Source of the DNA: Myxococcales bacterium
GTDB taxonomy: Bacteria; Myxococcota; Myxococcia; Myxococcales; UBA5297
Direction: 5' to 3'
Assembly (NCBI GenBank): GCA_031552145.1
Contig: JAVBMV010000005.1
Span: 3,869-67,868 of the forward strand
Length of the DNA: 64,000 nt
The first letter of the stretch is position 1. Each line of letters opens with the position of its first letter. Positions 9,310-19,700 of the stretch are shown piece by piece. A program made the position numbers and the translations under genes. The notes under the pieces were generated by a model that was not told the origin of the DNA, ran no database searches, and saw nothing but the letters and a program-made list of their open reading frames with translations.

Positions 9310-11757
9310 TCAGCCTCCAATCGCCAGCGTGATGACCACGCGTCCGCCGGAACCCGAGATGGCCCGCGCGCTCAGCTTCAGTCCCTTGAGCTGGCGCGCG
9401 ATCTTCCGCGCCCACGCGAGCTTCGGATCAGTTGGAGCCTCAACCTTCGAGACTTTGCCCTTGCCGTCGATGACGAGGGTCAGCTCCGTCGCGCCGCTCG
9501 CCTTGGCGTCGGCGCAGAGCGCGGAGTGCTTCGTCTTCAAGAAGGTGGCGAGCTCGTCCAAAAGGACTTGGGTGTTGGCTCCAGCCGAGCCTTTCGATGA
9601 GAGCTCGACGCGTCCACAGGTCGCTTTCTCGGGTCTCCACGGAGGGGACTCGGAGGGCAGGAGGTCGAGCGTGGTGGCGGGGCCTGGAAGCGTCTTTTGT
9701 CTCGACATCGAGTAGTAGCCAGAAGCTCTGCCGACGGCGCTCTCCGGAACCCCTTGAGGCAGCGGCAGCGGCTGCGCGACCAACGCCCCCTCTCCGCCTT
9801 TGTTGACCACCTCCGAATCGACCGCGACGAAGGAGGTCTGGCTGGTGAGCAGCTTCCACTTGAGCCCCATGCGCGCGATCGCCTCCTCCAGCTCGGGGCT
9901 CTGGCGGGTGGCGCGCGCATCCTCCAGCTGTTCAATCCACTTGCGTGCCCAGAGCTTGACGAGCGCCTCGTTCTTCTTCGAGGGCGTAAGGGTGGAGAGG
10001 TCGAAGACCTTCTTGAAGGGGCCGCCGGAGTCCCCTGTCACTGTGATGCTCCCCTTGAGCGGGCCCGAGTATCTCCCGAAGACCAGGAGCGGCCTGCGCG
10101 CGAAGAGATCGGGGAGCTTCTCCGGCGCGACCTCGGAGGTGGCCAGCCCTTTGACCTCCATGGAGATGTTGGTCAGGACGGGCTGCTCGATGAAGGCGCG
10201 CAGCTTGGTGGCTTCGGCGGGGGCGCTCTCCTTCGATAAGACGACGAAGCTTGCGCCGGCGCCCGCGCGCGCCATTCCTTCGATCAGGGCGCGGTTCACC
10301 GAGCTGCCGATCCCAAAGGAGAAGAGGTTCGCTTCGCCCAGCCGCTCGCGGACAAACTTGAAGGACTGCGACTCCACGCCGACGTAGCCGTCGGTGATCA
10401 CGATTACCGAGCGCGAGGTCTTCTCGTCCGCCTTCGGGATGGAATAGGCGTTGGTCAGGCCGCCCATCAGCTCGGTGCCGCCGCCGCCCTGCTGCCCATC
10501 GATGAGCGCCGCCGCCTTGGCCAGGTTGGCCTCCGTGGCGGGGACGGAGCCCTTGGGCCACGCGACGTGAGAGGCGCCTGAGAAGAGCACGACGTTGAAG
10601 GTGTCGGTCGCGCGGAGCGAGCCGAGCGAGGCGCGCATCAGCTCCTTCGCCGTGTCGAGCGGAAAGCCTCGCATCGAGCCGGAGACGTCGAGGAGATAGA
10701 TGTACTCGCGGCGCGGGATCTGCGCCGCTGTCGGGCGAGGCGGCGGCTCCATCATCAGCGCGAAGAAGCCGCCGTCGGTCGGGTCCTCGTAGAGGAGCAG
10801 GCCCGCCTCGATCGCCTTGTCGGCGAGCCTGTAGCGCAGGATGAAGTCCCGGTCACCTCCGCCCGCGTCGGGAAGCGTCACGTCGGCGCTGCTGGTCGAG
10901 GCGTACTTCACCTCGATGGGGTGCGAGGGCGAGGCGAGCTCCTTGAGCGCCATCCCCATCTCCAGATGCACCTTCACGTCGAAGGAGTAGGGGACCGGCG
11001 TGCCCGACTTGAGATAGGGGTTGCCCGTCCACTTGCTCTCGCCGGCATCCATGCCGCCGGTGTAGCGGGGCCCCACCACCGCGGGGATCACCAGCTCGTA
11101 GGTCCCCTCCTCGGGCTCCAGCAGCTCCGAGTAGGTGAGCTCGACGGCGATCTGGTCGCCCGGCATCAGGTTGGCGACGTTCATCGTGAAGACATTGGGG
11201 CGCTGCTGCTCCAGCAGAGAGGCGCGCTTCCCCTCCTTCTTCGCGGCCTCGTATTCCTGTCGCGCCTCGGCGCGCCGCGCCAGCTTCGCCTCCACCACGC
11301 GCTCGCCGATGGTCATGCGCATGGCATGGACGGCGGCGCGGGTCGAGGCGGGGAAGACATAGAGCGCCTCGATGGGCGCCTTGCCCTGGTTGGAGAAGAG
11401 CTGCTTGAGCTGAACCTTAGCGACGACCCCCGCCACCTCGACCTTCGCGGAGAGCTCCTTGAGCGGCAGCGATTCGGTCGAGCCCTCCTCCCCATCGGCG
11501 CCGAGAGAGATCAGATAGGGGACTGCCGCGCGGGTCTCGGTGGAGGAGGCTCCCGCATAGTTGAACGCCTGTCCGCCAGCTGTTCGGCTCTCCGCGGCGC
11601 GCAGGGCGGCGGAGGGGCTCGTCTCCTGCTCCGCGCCGTTGGGTGTGCCCTTGGGTTGGGCGGAGGCGGTGGCGGCCTCGCGCGTCAGGAGCGAGAACGC
11701 TCCAAGCAATGAGAGGAAGAGGATCCGATTCGGCCAAACCGAGGATGTGAGTCTCAT
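9310..11757 (-). CDS. Secreted VIT domain + von Willebrand factor A domain protein
   Basis: Signal peptide (MRLTSSVWPNRILFLSLLGAFSLL). A VIT-like segment follows (VEVAGVVAKVQLKQLFSNQGKAPIEALYVFPASTRAAVHAMRMTIGERVVEA...). The vWA MIDAS motif is LLDVSGSMRG. An uncharacterised tail of about 190 aa follows. AAGGAG lies 7 nt upstream of ATG 11757. Confidence 0.8.
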   Translation of the reverse strand: MRLTSSVWPNRILFLSLLGAFSLLTREAATASAQPKGTPNGAEQETSPSAALRAAESRTAGGQAFNYAGASSTETRAAVPYLISLGADGEEGSTESLPLKELSAKVEVAGVVAKVQLKQLFSNQGKAPIEALYVFPASTRAAVHAMRMTIGERVVEAKLARRAEARQEYEAAKKEGKRASLLEQQRPNVFTMNVANLMPGDQIAVELTYSELLEPEEGTYELVIPAVVGPRYTGGMDAGESKWTGNPYLKSGTPVPYSFDVKVHLEMGMALKELASPSHPIEVKYASTSSADVTLPDAGGGDRDFILRYRLADKAIEAGLLLYEDPTDGGFFALMMEPPPRPTAAQIPRREYIYLLDVSGSMRGFPLDTAKELMRASLGSLRATDTFNVVLFSGASHVAWPKGSVPATEANLAKAAALIDGQQGGGGTELMGGLTNAYSIPKADEKTSRSVIVITDGYVGVESQSFKFVRERLGEANLFSFGIGSSVNRALIEGMARAGAGASFVVLSKESAPAEATKLRAFIEQPVLTNISMEVKGLATSEVAPEKLPDLFARRPLLVFGRYSGPLKGSITVTGDSGGPFKKVFDLSTLTPSKKNEALVKLWARKWIEQLEDARATRQSPELEEAIARMGLKWKLLTSQTSFVAVDSEVVNKGGEGALVAQPLPLPQGVPESAVGRASGYYSMSRQKTLPGPATTLDLLPSESPPWRPEKATCGRVELSSKGSAGANTQVLLDELATFLKTKHSALCADAKASGATELTLVIDGKGKVSKVEAPTDPKLAWARKIARQLKGLKLSARAISGSGGRVVITLAIGG

Positions 11758-11936
11758 CACGTTGCTCCTTGGGCGCCTTGAGAGAGCCGCCTCTCTCTAC
11801 TGACAGCCGATCGCGCCAAAAAGTTCATTTTCGACGGCGAAAGGCGCTTTGGCCCTGGCGGCGGCCCCCTCCTTGAAGGGGCGGGGCGCCTGGCTATACT
11901 CCCACCATTTCCACCCCTACAGGAGATTCCCAGGCC

Positions 11937-13610
11937 ATGGATTGGCTGATCGAGTTGTTTCGGTCGGGCGGAGCGAGCCACTCGGTCGCTCACTCGATCA
12001 TCGCGCTTACCTGTGTCGCCGCGGGCGGTCTGCTGCTCGGCTCCATCCGCTTCTTCGGGATTGGGCTCGGGGCGGCGGGCGTGCTCTTCGTGGGGATCAT
12101 CCTCGCCCACCTCGGCCTCACGCTCGATCATGGGGTCCTCGAGTTCGTTCGCGAGTTTGGGCTCATCCTCTTCGTCTATGCGGTGGGCCTCCAGGTGGGG
12201 CCGGGCTTCATCGCCTCGTTGAGGAAGCAAGGACTTCGGCTCAACCTGATCGCCACGGGCATCGTGCTCACCGGCTGCCTCATCACCATCGCCATCTTCA
12301 AATTCGGCGACGTGCCGCTTCCGGCGGCTGTCGGTCTCTTCTCGGGCGCGACGACCAACACGCCCAGCCTCGCGGCCGCGCAGCAGGCAATCCGTGACAC
12401 GATGAGCATCGACGAAGCGACGCTCGCCGCCACGGGCTACGCCATTGCCTATCCCTTCGGCGTCATCGGCATCATTCTGGCGATGCTGGCGCTGCGCCGG
12501 ATCTTCAAGATCAACGTCGAAGAAGAGGTGAACACCTACCTGCGCTCGGAGGAGCAGAAGCGCCCCAAACTCACCTCGACGAACCTGGAGGTGACCAACG
12601 CCAACCTCGAGGGGTGCGAGCTCTCCAACCTGCCCGTCCTCTGCGAGGGCAATGTGGTCATCTCGCGCGTGATGCATGGCGGGCAGGTGGCGGTCGCCTC
12701 GCCCGCCACCAAGCTGCACGTCGGCGACACTGTCCTGGCGGTGGGTGCCGATGCGCAGGTGGAGCGCCTGCGGCTCGTCATCGGGCAGAAATCGGACGCC
12801 GACCTGATGAAGGTGAAGAGCAAGGTGACGGTGCGGGCGCTCGTGGTGACCAAGAGCGAGGTGATTGGGCAGTCGCTGGACGAGCTGAACCTGACGGGTC
12901 GTTTCGGCGTGACCATCACCCGCATCACGCGCTCCGAGATCGAGCTGCCCGTCAACTCGCTCGTGCGGCTGCAGTTCAGCGATATCGTCCTGGCCGTCGG
13001 CGAGGCTGGCGATCTGGACCGGGTCTCCCGGATGCTCGGAAACTCGCCGAAGATGCTGCAGCACCCGGCGCTCATCCCGGTCTTCGTCGGGATCCTGCTC
13101 GGCGTCATCGCCGGCTCTATTCCCTTCAAGTTCCCCGGCGTCCCCGTGCCGGTGAAGCTGGGCCTCGCGGGCGGCCCCTTGCTGGTCGCGATCATCCTGA
13201 GCCGAGTGGGGCGCGTCGGCTCGCTGGTCTGGTATCTGCCCGCGAGCGCCAACTACATGATCCGCGAAATGGGGATCGCGCTCTTCCTGGCCTGCGTTGG
13301 AATCAGGGCGGGAGGCACCTTCTTCCAGACCGTCGCCTCGGGCGATGGGCTCAAGTGGATGGGTTGCGCGGCGCTCATCACCTTCATCCCCATCTTCCTG
13401 GCGGGCCTCCTGATGCGCCTGAAGTTCAGGGAGAACTACCTGCCCATCTGCGGCGTCATGTCGGGCTCGATGACCGACCCGCCCGCGCTCGCCTTCGCGA
13501 CGGGCCTCACTGGCTCCGAAGGGCCGGCGATTGCCTACGCCAGCGTCTACCCGATGACCATGTTCCTGCGCGTGCTGACGGCGCAGCTGATGGTGCTGCT
13601 GCTCTTGTAG
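11937..13610 (+). CDS. YidE/YbjL-type (AAE family) transporter with central RCK_C/TrkA_C-like domains
   Basis: The N-terminus MDWLIELFRSGGASHSVAHSIIALTCVAAGGLLLGSIRFFGIGLGAAGVLFVGIIL is typical of the duplicated YidE/YbjL fold. Two membrane halves flank two soluble beta-rich segments. Confidence 0.8.
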   Translation: MDWLIELFRSGGASHSVAHSIIALTCVAAGGLLLGSIRFFGIGLGAAGVLFVGIILAHLGLTLDHGVLEFVREFGLILFVYAVGLQVGPGFIASLRKQGLRLNLIATGIVLTGCLITIAIFKFGDVPLPAAVGLFSGATTNTPSLAAAQQAIRDTMSIDEATLAATGYAIAYPFGVIGIILAMLALRRIFKINVEEEVNTYLRSEEQKRPKLTSTNLEVTNANLEGCELSNLPVLCEGNVVISRVMHGGQVAVASPATKLHVGDTVLAVGADAQVERLRLVIGQKSDADLMKVKSKVTVRALVVTKSEVIGQSLDELNLTGRFGVTITRITRSEIELPVNSLVRLQFSDIVLAVGEAGDLDRVSRMLGNSPKMLQHPALIPVFVGILLGVIAGSIPFKFPGVPVPVKLGLAGGPLLVAIILSRVGRVGSLVWYLPASANYMIREMGIALFLACVGIRAGGTFFQTVASGDGLKWMGCAALITFIPIFLAGLLMRLKFRENYLPICGVMSGSMTDPPALAFATGLTGSEGPAIAYASVYPMTMFLRVLTAQLMVLLLL

Positions 13611-13712
13611 CGTCAACGCAGGGCGGGCGAGGCGGTGCCTCTCTGGCCCCGACCCGAGCAAGCGAAGGCGAGATGTCGTAAGCTATCGGACCTATCCGCA
13701 CTGGAGGTCGAT

Positions 13713-16700
13713 ATGGCTTGCGTCAGGCTGCGCTCACTCTTCTTTGCCCTCGCCCTGGGGTTGGCGGCATGCGCCGACCCCAATCCGCCGGGCAACACTC
13801 CCGATGCTGGCGATATCGACTCGGGCGATGTTGGAGATATCGGCGCCGATGCCTGCGTGGCCAACTGCGAAGGCAAGCAGGGCGGCGAGAGCGACGGCTG
13901 CGGAGGGGAGTGTCCCTGCGTGCCAGAGAACGATTTCGAGTTCTGCGAGCGATTGGGGGCTACCTGCGGCACGCTGAAGGCGCCCGACACCTGTGAAGAG
14001 GAGCGAGAGGTCTCGTGCGGTGAATGTGATGCGCGGCAGAGATGTGACGAAGCGCATCGCTGTGTCTGTGCGCCCTATACGGACGATCAGCTCTGCGCGG
14101 CCGCGCTAAAAGAGTGTGGCGCCCTCGGTGAAGTGGATGACGGCTGCGGAAATGCCGTAGAGGTTCTCTCCTGCGGCACCTGTCCGAAGCACACGTTCTG
14201 CGGCCCCGATGGTGCCTGCGAGCCCTGCGTGCCAGAGAACGATCTCGAGTTCTGCGTTCGCCATGGCGTGGAGTGCGGGTCGTTAGAGACCCTAGACAAC
14301 TGCGAGTACGCGCGCAAAGTGGCGGAATGCGGCACCGAAACCGGGTGCGGCGCGATGATGCTCTGTACTCCGCACGGAAAGTGCCTAGGCGCCCACAGAC
14401 CGAAAAATGATGCCTGCGGCGATCCGGACGATGAGAACATCGAGCCCGAAGAGCTCCTTTTCGATGAGACGACGGGCTACGCCTACGCCTATGGCGCAAT
14501 GGATAAGGCCAACGCATACAAGAAGCCGACGGCGCCTGGCGAAAAAGAGGCGGAGAGCCTAGGCACCGTGATCTCATGCATCGAAGGGACCCGAAACAAA
14601 TCTCGAGACGTGGTCTATACCTTTTCGCTGGCCGAGCCGACGACCATCTCGGTAAGCCTGGCCACCGCGTGGGAGGCGGCCGCTCTGGAGCTGCGATCGG
14701 CCTGTGGCGTGGTGGCCGACAGCACCATTTCTTGCAAAGTGGACCTTTCGAAGGGCTCCATTGCGCTGCCGCCGCAGAACCTGGGGGCGGGCCAATATTG
14801 GCTGTGGGTCGCTTCGCCGGGCAGGCACCACACCGACCCCAATCCTGCCCCGGGCCTGTTTGCACTGACCGTGCTGGCGGTGCCGATAGCGGAAGTGGCG
14901 GAGAATGACAAATGCGACTCGTTGGAGCCCTTGCTTCTTGTCTCGGGGGTTATCCGCGTCAGCGCAGATTTGCGAAAGGCGACTGGACAGCTGGCGGGGG
15001 GGTGTGGGAGTGCGCAGATATTGCATCCGGAGGTGGTCTATTTGTTGGACCTTCCTCTGGCGGGCTCCCTCAAGGCCACGGCGAGGCCCAATGCGACGGA
15101 TGGAAATGGCGTTGAGCCCTATCTCTATCTGCGCCGGGCGTGCGAGAAGCTCTCGAGCGAGGTTCTCTGCACCCCTTACGCGGACGGCAGGGCCGAGTTG
15201 CACGCCCCGCGCCTCGCGGCGGGGGCCTGGTACCTGGTGGTCGATGCGACGACAGACGCCATGGGCCTGGTGGATCTCGAGGTAGAGCTCGCCGATCCAC
15301 TGCCAAGGCCCGAGGGCGACATTTGCTCGGATGAGCTCGTGCCGCTCACCTTCCAGCGAGGCGACCGGATCACCGTCAAGGGCGATCTCTTCGCGGCGGG
15401 CGATGACAGCGACACGCCTTGCCCAGGGACCGGCGCCAGCCCAGAGTTCGTCCATGTCTTCGAGCTCACCGAGCCCGCCTATGTCGGCATCGTCCTGCAG
15501 GGCGATGAGACGACCAAGGGTTATCTGCCGGCACTTCATACGCGGCCGAGCTGCGCGGCTATCCATGGCACCCACTGCGGGGACTCGGAAGCCTATGCCC
15601 GTAGAGCCGTGCTCAATGCTGGGCTGTTGGAAGCCCCTTTTAGCGAGGGGCGGCACTATATCTTCGTAGAGGGGCTAAACCAGAACGTTGGGAAATATGA
15701 GATGGTGATCACGAAGTATCCGGTCGAGCGCAACGATACCTGCGAAACGGCGGTCCCGCTCTCCAACTTCGACGAGGAGGACAAGCTGGTCGCTTACGGT
15801 TCGCTCAGGGAAAGCTTTGCGAGACAGATGCTCTCCTGTGCTCCCGTCGACATGCTCCCCGGACTGGCTGCTGTATACGAGATTGCTCCCCCCCGTGACG
15901 CGACGCTGCGAGGGAAGATCACGTCGAGCCCAGGTCAGACGCTCGCGCTCATCGCCGAGGTGCGAAGAGATTGCGATGATGTGACCACCGCGATCAGAGG
16001 GACCTGTACGCCTCCTGTGGATCTCATCTCTCCCGCCGAGTTCGTTGTTCGGCATGTCAGCTCGTCAAGCAAATATTACCTGTGGATCCGTTCCAGAGCC
16101 TTATATTCGGATGTCTTCAGCGAGGTGGTGGTGCCGGGCGACTTCACTATAGAGCTTCAGCTGTTCGATCCCGTGACGCCCTCCAACGACCTCTGCGAGG
16201 GAGCCTCCGAGCTGATCTTCGATAACGATGTGGCACGGGTGACGAAGACCGAGGATGGAGAGCCGCTCGACACGCGCTTTGCCTCGGATGACTACGCGGG
16301 CAGCTGTGGCACACCCACCCTGATTCAGAATGGTCCGGATCTGGTCTGGTACTTCGATGTGACGGCGCCGATCGCCATTCAGGTGAAGGTCTCGAAGACC
16401 GGCGCCAAAGCTGCAGGACCGCTCGCCTTCTCGTTGCGGCGAAGTTGCGCTGCCTCGACCCCGACAGACGAGGTGCTCTGCGCCTATTCGACGGGCGGCG
16501 ATTTTGTCTCGACGACCCACTCCATTCTCGACGACCCCGGGCGCTACTTCCTCGTCGTGGATGAGCTTGGCACAGAGGACGCTCCAGCGTTGGGGGGACA
16601 GTTCGAGTTGGAGGTGACCAGGCGGCAAACTCTTCAAGGCGACTCCTGTGCCATTGCAGCCGATCTGGGAGATGTCACGGGGCTCGAGAAACAGCTCTCG

Positions 16701-19700
16701 GGTGACACGCGGCTGGCGTATCGTGATATGCAAAACGACAGCAGCTGCCGAAATAGCGAGGCGGCGAAAGACCTGGTGTATGCCTTCACCCTGACCGAGG
16801 TGCAGACCGTTGAGCTGACCGTAACGCCGACGACTCCATCGTATAACCCGGTTGTATCGATACGTTCATCCTGCGGTGCCGCGGAGACGCTCGTGCCAGG
16901 CGCCTGTGCTCGCAACGAGACGATCCCCGGAGTGCGTCGGTTCCTCTTTGGTCGCATGGAGGCGGGAACCTACTATATTTGGATCTCAGGCTATTCTTTG
17001 GGCGGGGGCGTATTGGCGGATGGTGCCTTCGCGTTAGAACTCAAAGCGAGCTCGCCGCCTAGTGTTCCTCTCAACTCAGGATGTGGGCAACCCCAGTTGC
17101 TGGCGCTCAGTCATGTGACGGACGGTATCGGGAAGTACGCTACTGTCTCCGCCGACACTACCTACTCGCGGAATTTGGATGAAGGAGGGGGCCCCTGTCC
17201 AGGCGCGAGCGGGCCTGACCTAACCTTCAAGTTCACCATCGATTCCTTCCCGGAGGGTGAGAAGGGCTTGGTACTGGCAACCGTAATCCCTGCCGATGGC
17301 TCGTCGCTCATCCCAGCTGTTTCGATAAGGCGGCTGTCCGATTGTGACTCGGCCTTGGCGCAGGAGGCCTGTGGCTTCGCAAAACTAGTGAACCCTGTCG
17401 CCGCCTCCGCTAAGGTTGGCAATGGAGAGTATGTCGTGGTTGTCGATGGGGTGCAGGGCAGCGCGGGCGCCTTCACGCTCGACATCTTGGCGCGCCCCCC
17501 TCTGTGGGGCGACACCTGCGATCAGGCGGAGACGCTCGAGTTCGGAGCGCCCATCGATGGGGTGGCTACGGCGACGATGCTCATCGAAGACCTGGCCCAG
17601 GCTGGCGACGACGCGCAGACTCTCTTCCCTGCGACGATCTGCTCTATGGCGGGGCGCGATGTGGTCTATGTGCTTGACCTGCGCGCCGGCGGAAGAAAGG
17701 TGGAGATCACCGTCAAAGGCGCGGCTGGAAACAGTGTGTATCGCCCAGCGTTTTCAGTGCGGCAGGTCTGTGGCGATATCTTCTCGGAGATTGGGTGCAA
17801 GGGTCTGGGCGGTACGACCGAGAGCGCGACCTTCAACTGGCTGAGCCCCGGGCTCTACTATATTTGGGTTGATGCCTACACTGCGTCATCGGCGCGAGGT
17901 AGGGTCGAAGTGACCGTCAAGACGACAGATGTGGCGAATGCACCAACTAACTACTCTTGTGAGACGGCTCTAGATATCTCACAGGAGGCCAGGACGCACA
18001 CGCCTATCGAGGGCACGACCGAGGCTTCGACAAACAATATACGCGGCACCTGCGAAAATTCTGCGCTCACGCAGAACCTATCCGAGCTGGTCTACAAATA
18101 TACCGCAGAGAGCACGACGGGGCTGGAGATGCTGCTCTCTTCGGAAAATACCTATTCTCACGTCTTGGTGGTCCGTAGCGTCTGTGAGAGCGGGGCTGCC
18201 GCACATGAACTCGCCTGCATGAAGACGGCGGCCGCCAGTTTCTTGATGACGACGTGGTCCGCCAATGCCTACGTGCCGCGCATCGACGCGGGGCAGACGA
18301 TCTATATAATCATCGACACGACGATGTCGCTGGGGCAGGCCAGGCCCGGGCCATTCAGACTCGAGGTCCACGAGCGACCCGCGGCCGAGAATGATACGTG
18401 TGAGGCGGCGGAGGAGCTGATGTTCGAGGAAGATATTGCGACGGCCCAAGGCGACACGCGCTACGCGAGCAATACGACGCACGCCTATGCGAACAATACC
18501 ATGAGCGGGCCTATGACCTCGGCGGGCCTCTACGGTAGTACCAACTCCGGATTCTATTGTCCTGAGCTGTTCTATAAGTTCAGCATCGAGGCGGGGAAGG
18601 CCTATTCGGTGAAGGCTACGGTAGTTCCTGCGGACCCAGTCGATGGCCTGAAGACAGTTCTCTATGTGCGCCCATCGTGTGCGCCCGACTTCGTCTCGGT
18701 CAGCCCGTATGTAGTCCTTCCGCCTGTTGGCTATGGGTTGGCTCAGGTGGCTCACACGTCGGATACGTCGGCGGCCTTCTCGTTGCTGATGCCGCGGCTC
18801 GACGCGGGAACGTACTATGTCGTTGTGGACTCGTATGGCAGTGACGTGGACTGTCGTTCGGGGGCGTTCGAGCTTTCCGTCGAGCGAACCGAGATTCTGC
18901 CAGAAGACGTCCCGCCCAACGCTCTATGTGGCGAAGCGACCGCGACGCTGCTGGACTTTGCCGACGCTACGGTCGATGGGACCGCGCGGACGAAGGAGTG
19001 GCCTCTTGCCGATACACGCAGGGCAGGAGATTCGATGCAGGGTAGCTGTGGAATACTCCACGGGGGAGATCTTTTTTATAAGCTAAGCCTTGCCTCGGAG
19101 CGGCGTGTGACCGCGACGGTCACCCGGAGCCCGAACACCGCGGAGCAGGGGGGCTATACGCCCGCCCTCTATCTCAGAAAAAACTGTGCGCAGGGTTTCG
19201 AGAATGAGGTGGCCTGTTCGGTTGCCAGTGAGGGCGTTGGAGGCAAGTCGGGCATCGCGATGCTGGTCCAGCCGGTGCTCGGGCCTGGCACCTGGTACCT
19301 GGTTGTAGATGGCAATCAATACAGCGGCGGTACGTTCGTCTTGTCGGTAGCCTTGGATACGCCCGCGCCCGTGGCGCCGACCAACGACTCTTGCTTCTCC
19401 CCCATGCCGATCCTCGTGGATGTAGAGAGCGAGGTGATCACGGCGACGACCGGGGTTGCTGGGGGCGCGGCGCTGGCAAATAACGATGCCGTCGCTTCTT
19501 GCGTCGATCAGGCAGTGAGCAGCGCACCGGGGTACTCCGCGCAAGACCTTGTCTACTCGATAGCCATCGATCGCCCGCGCAGACTCACCGCGCAGATTCT
19601 CGAGAGCAACGGAATCAGGCCTGCGCTCTTCTTGCGGAAGGAATGCGGGCTCGGCGGTTTTTCGAACGAGGTGTTCTGTTCGCGCGCGGATGCCCCCGGT

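Noticed and set aside
11757-13681. 634-aa ORF 11757..13661(-) and 355-aa ORF 12614..13681(+) over the transporter gene.
   Set aside because: Both are Arg/Asp/His/Gly-rich nonsense-like products. The 11937..13610(+) frame gives a coherent polytopic YidE/YbjL-type transporter.
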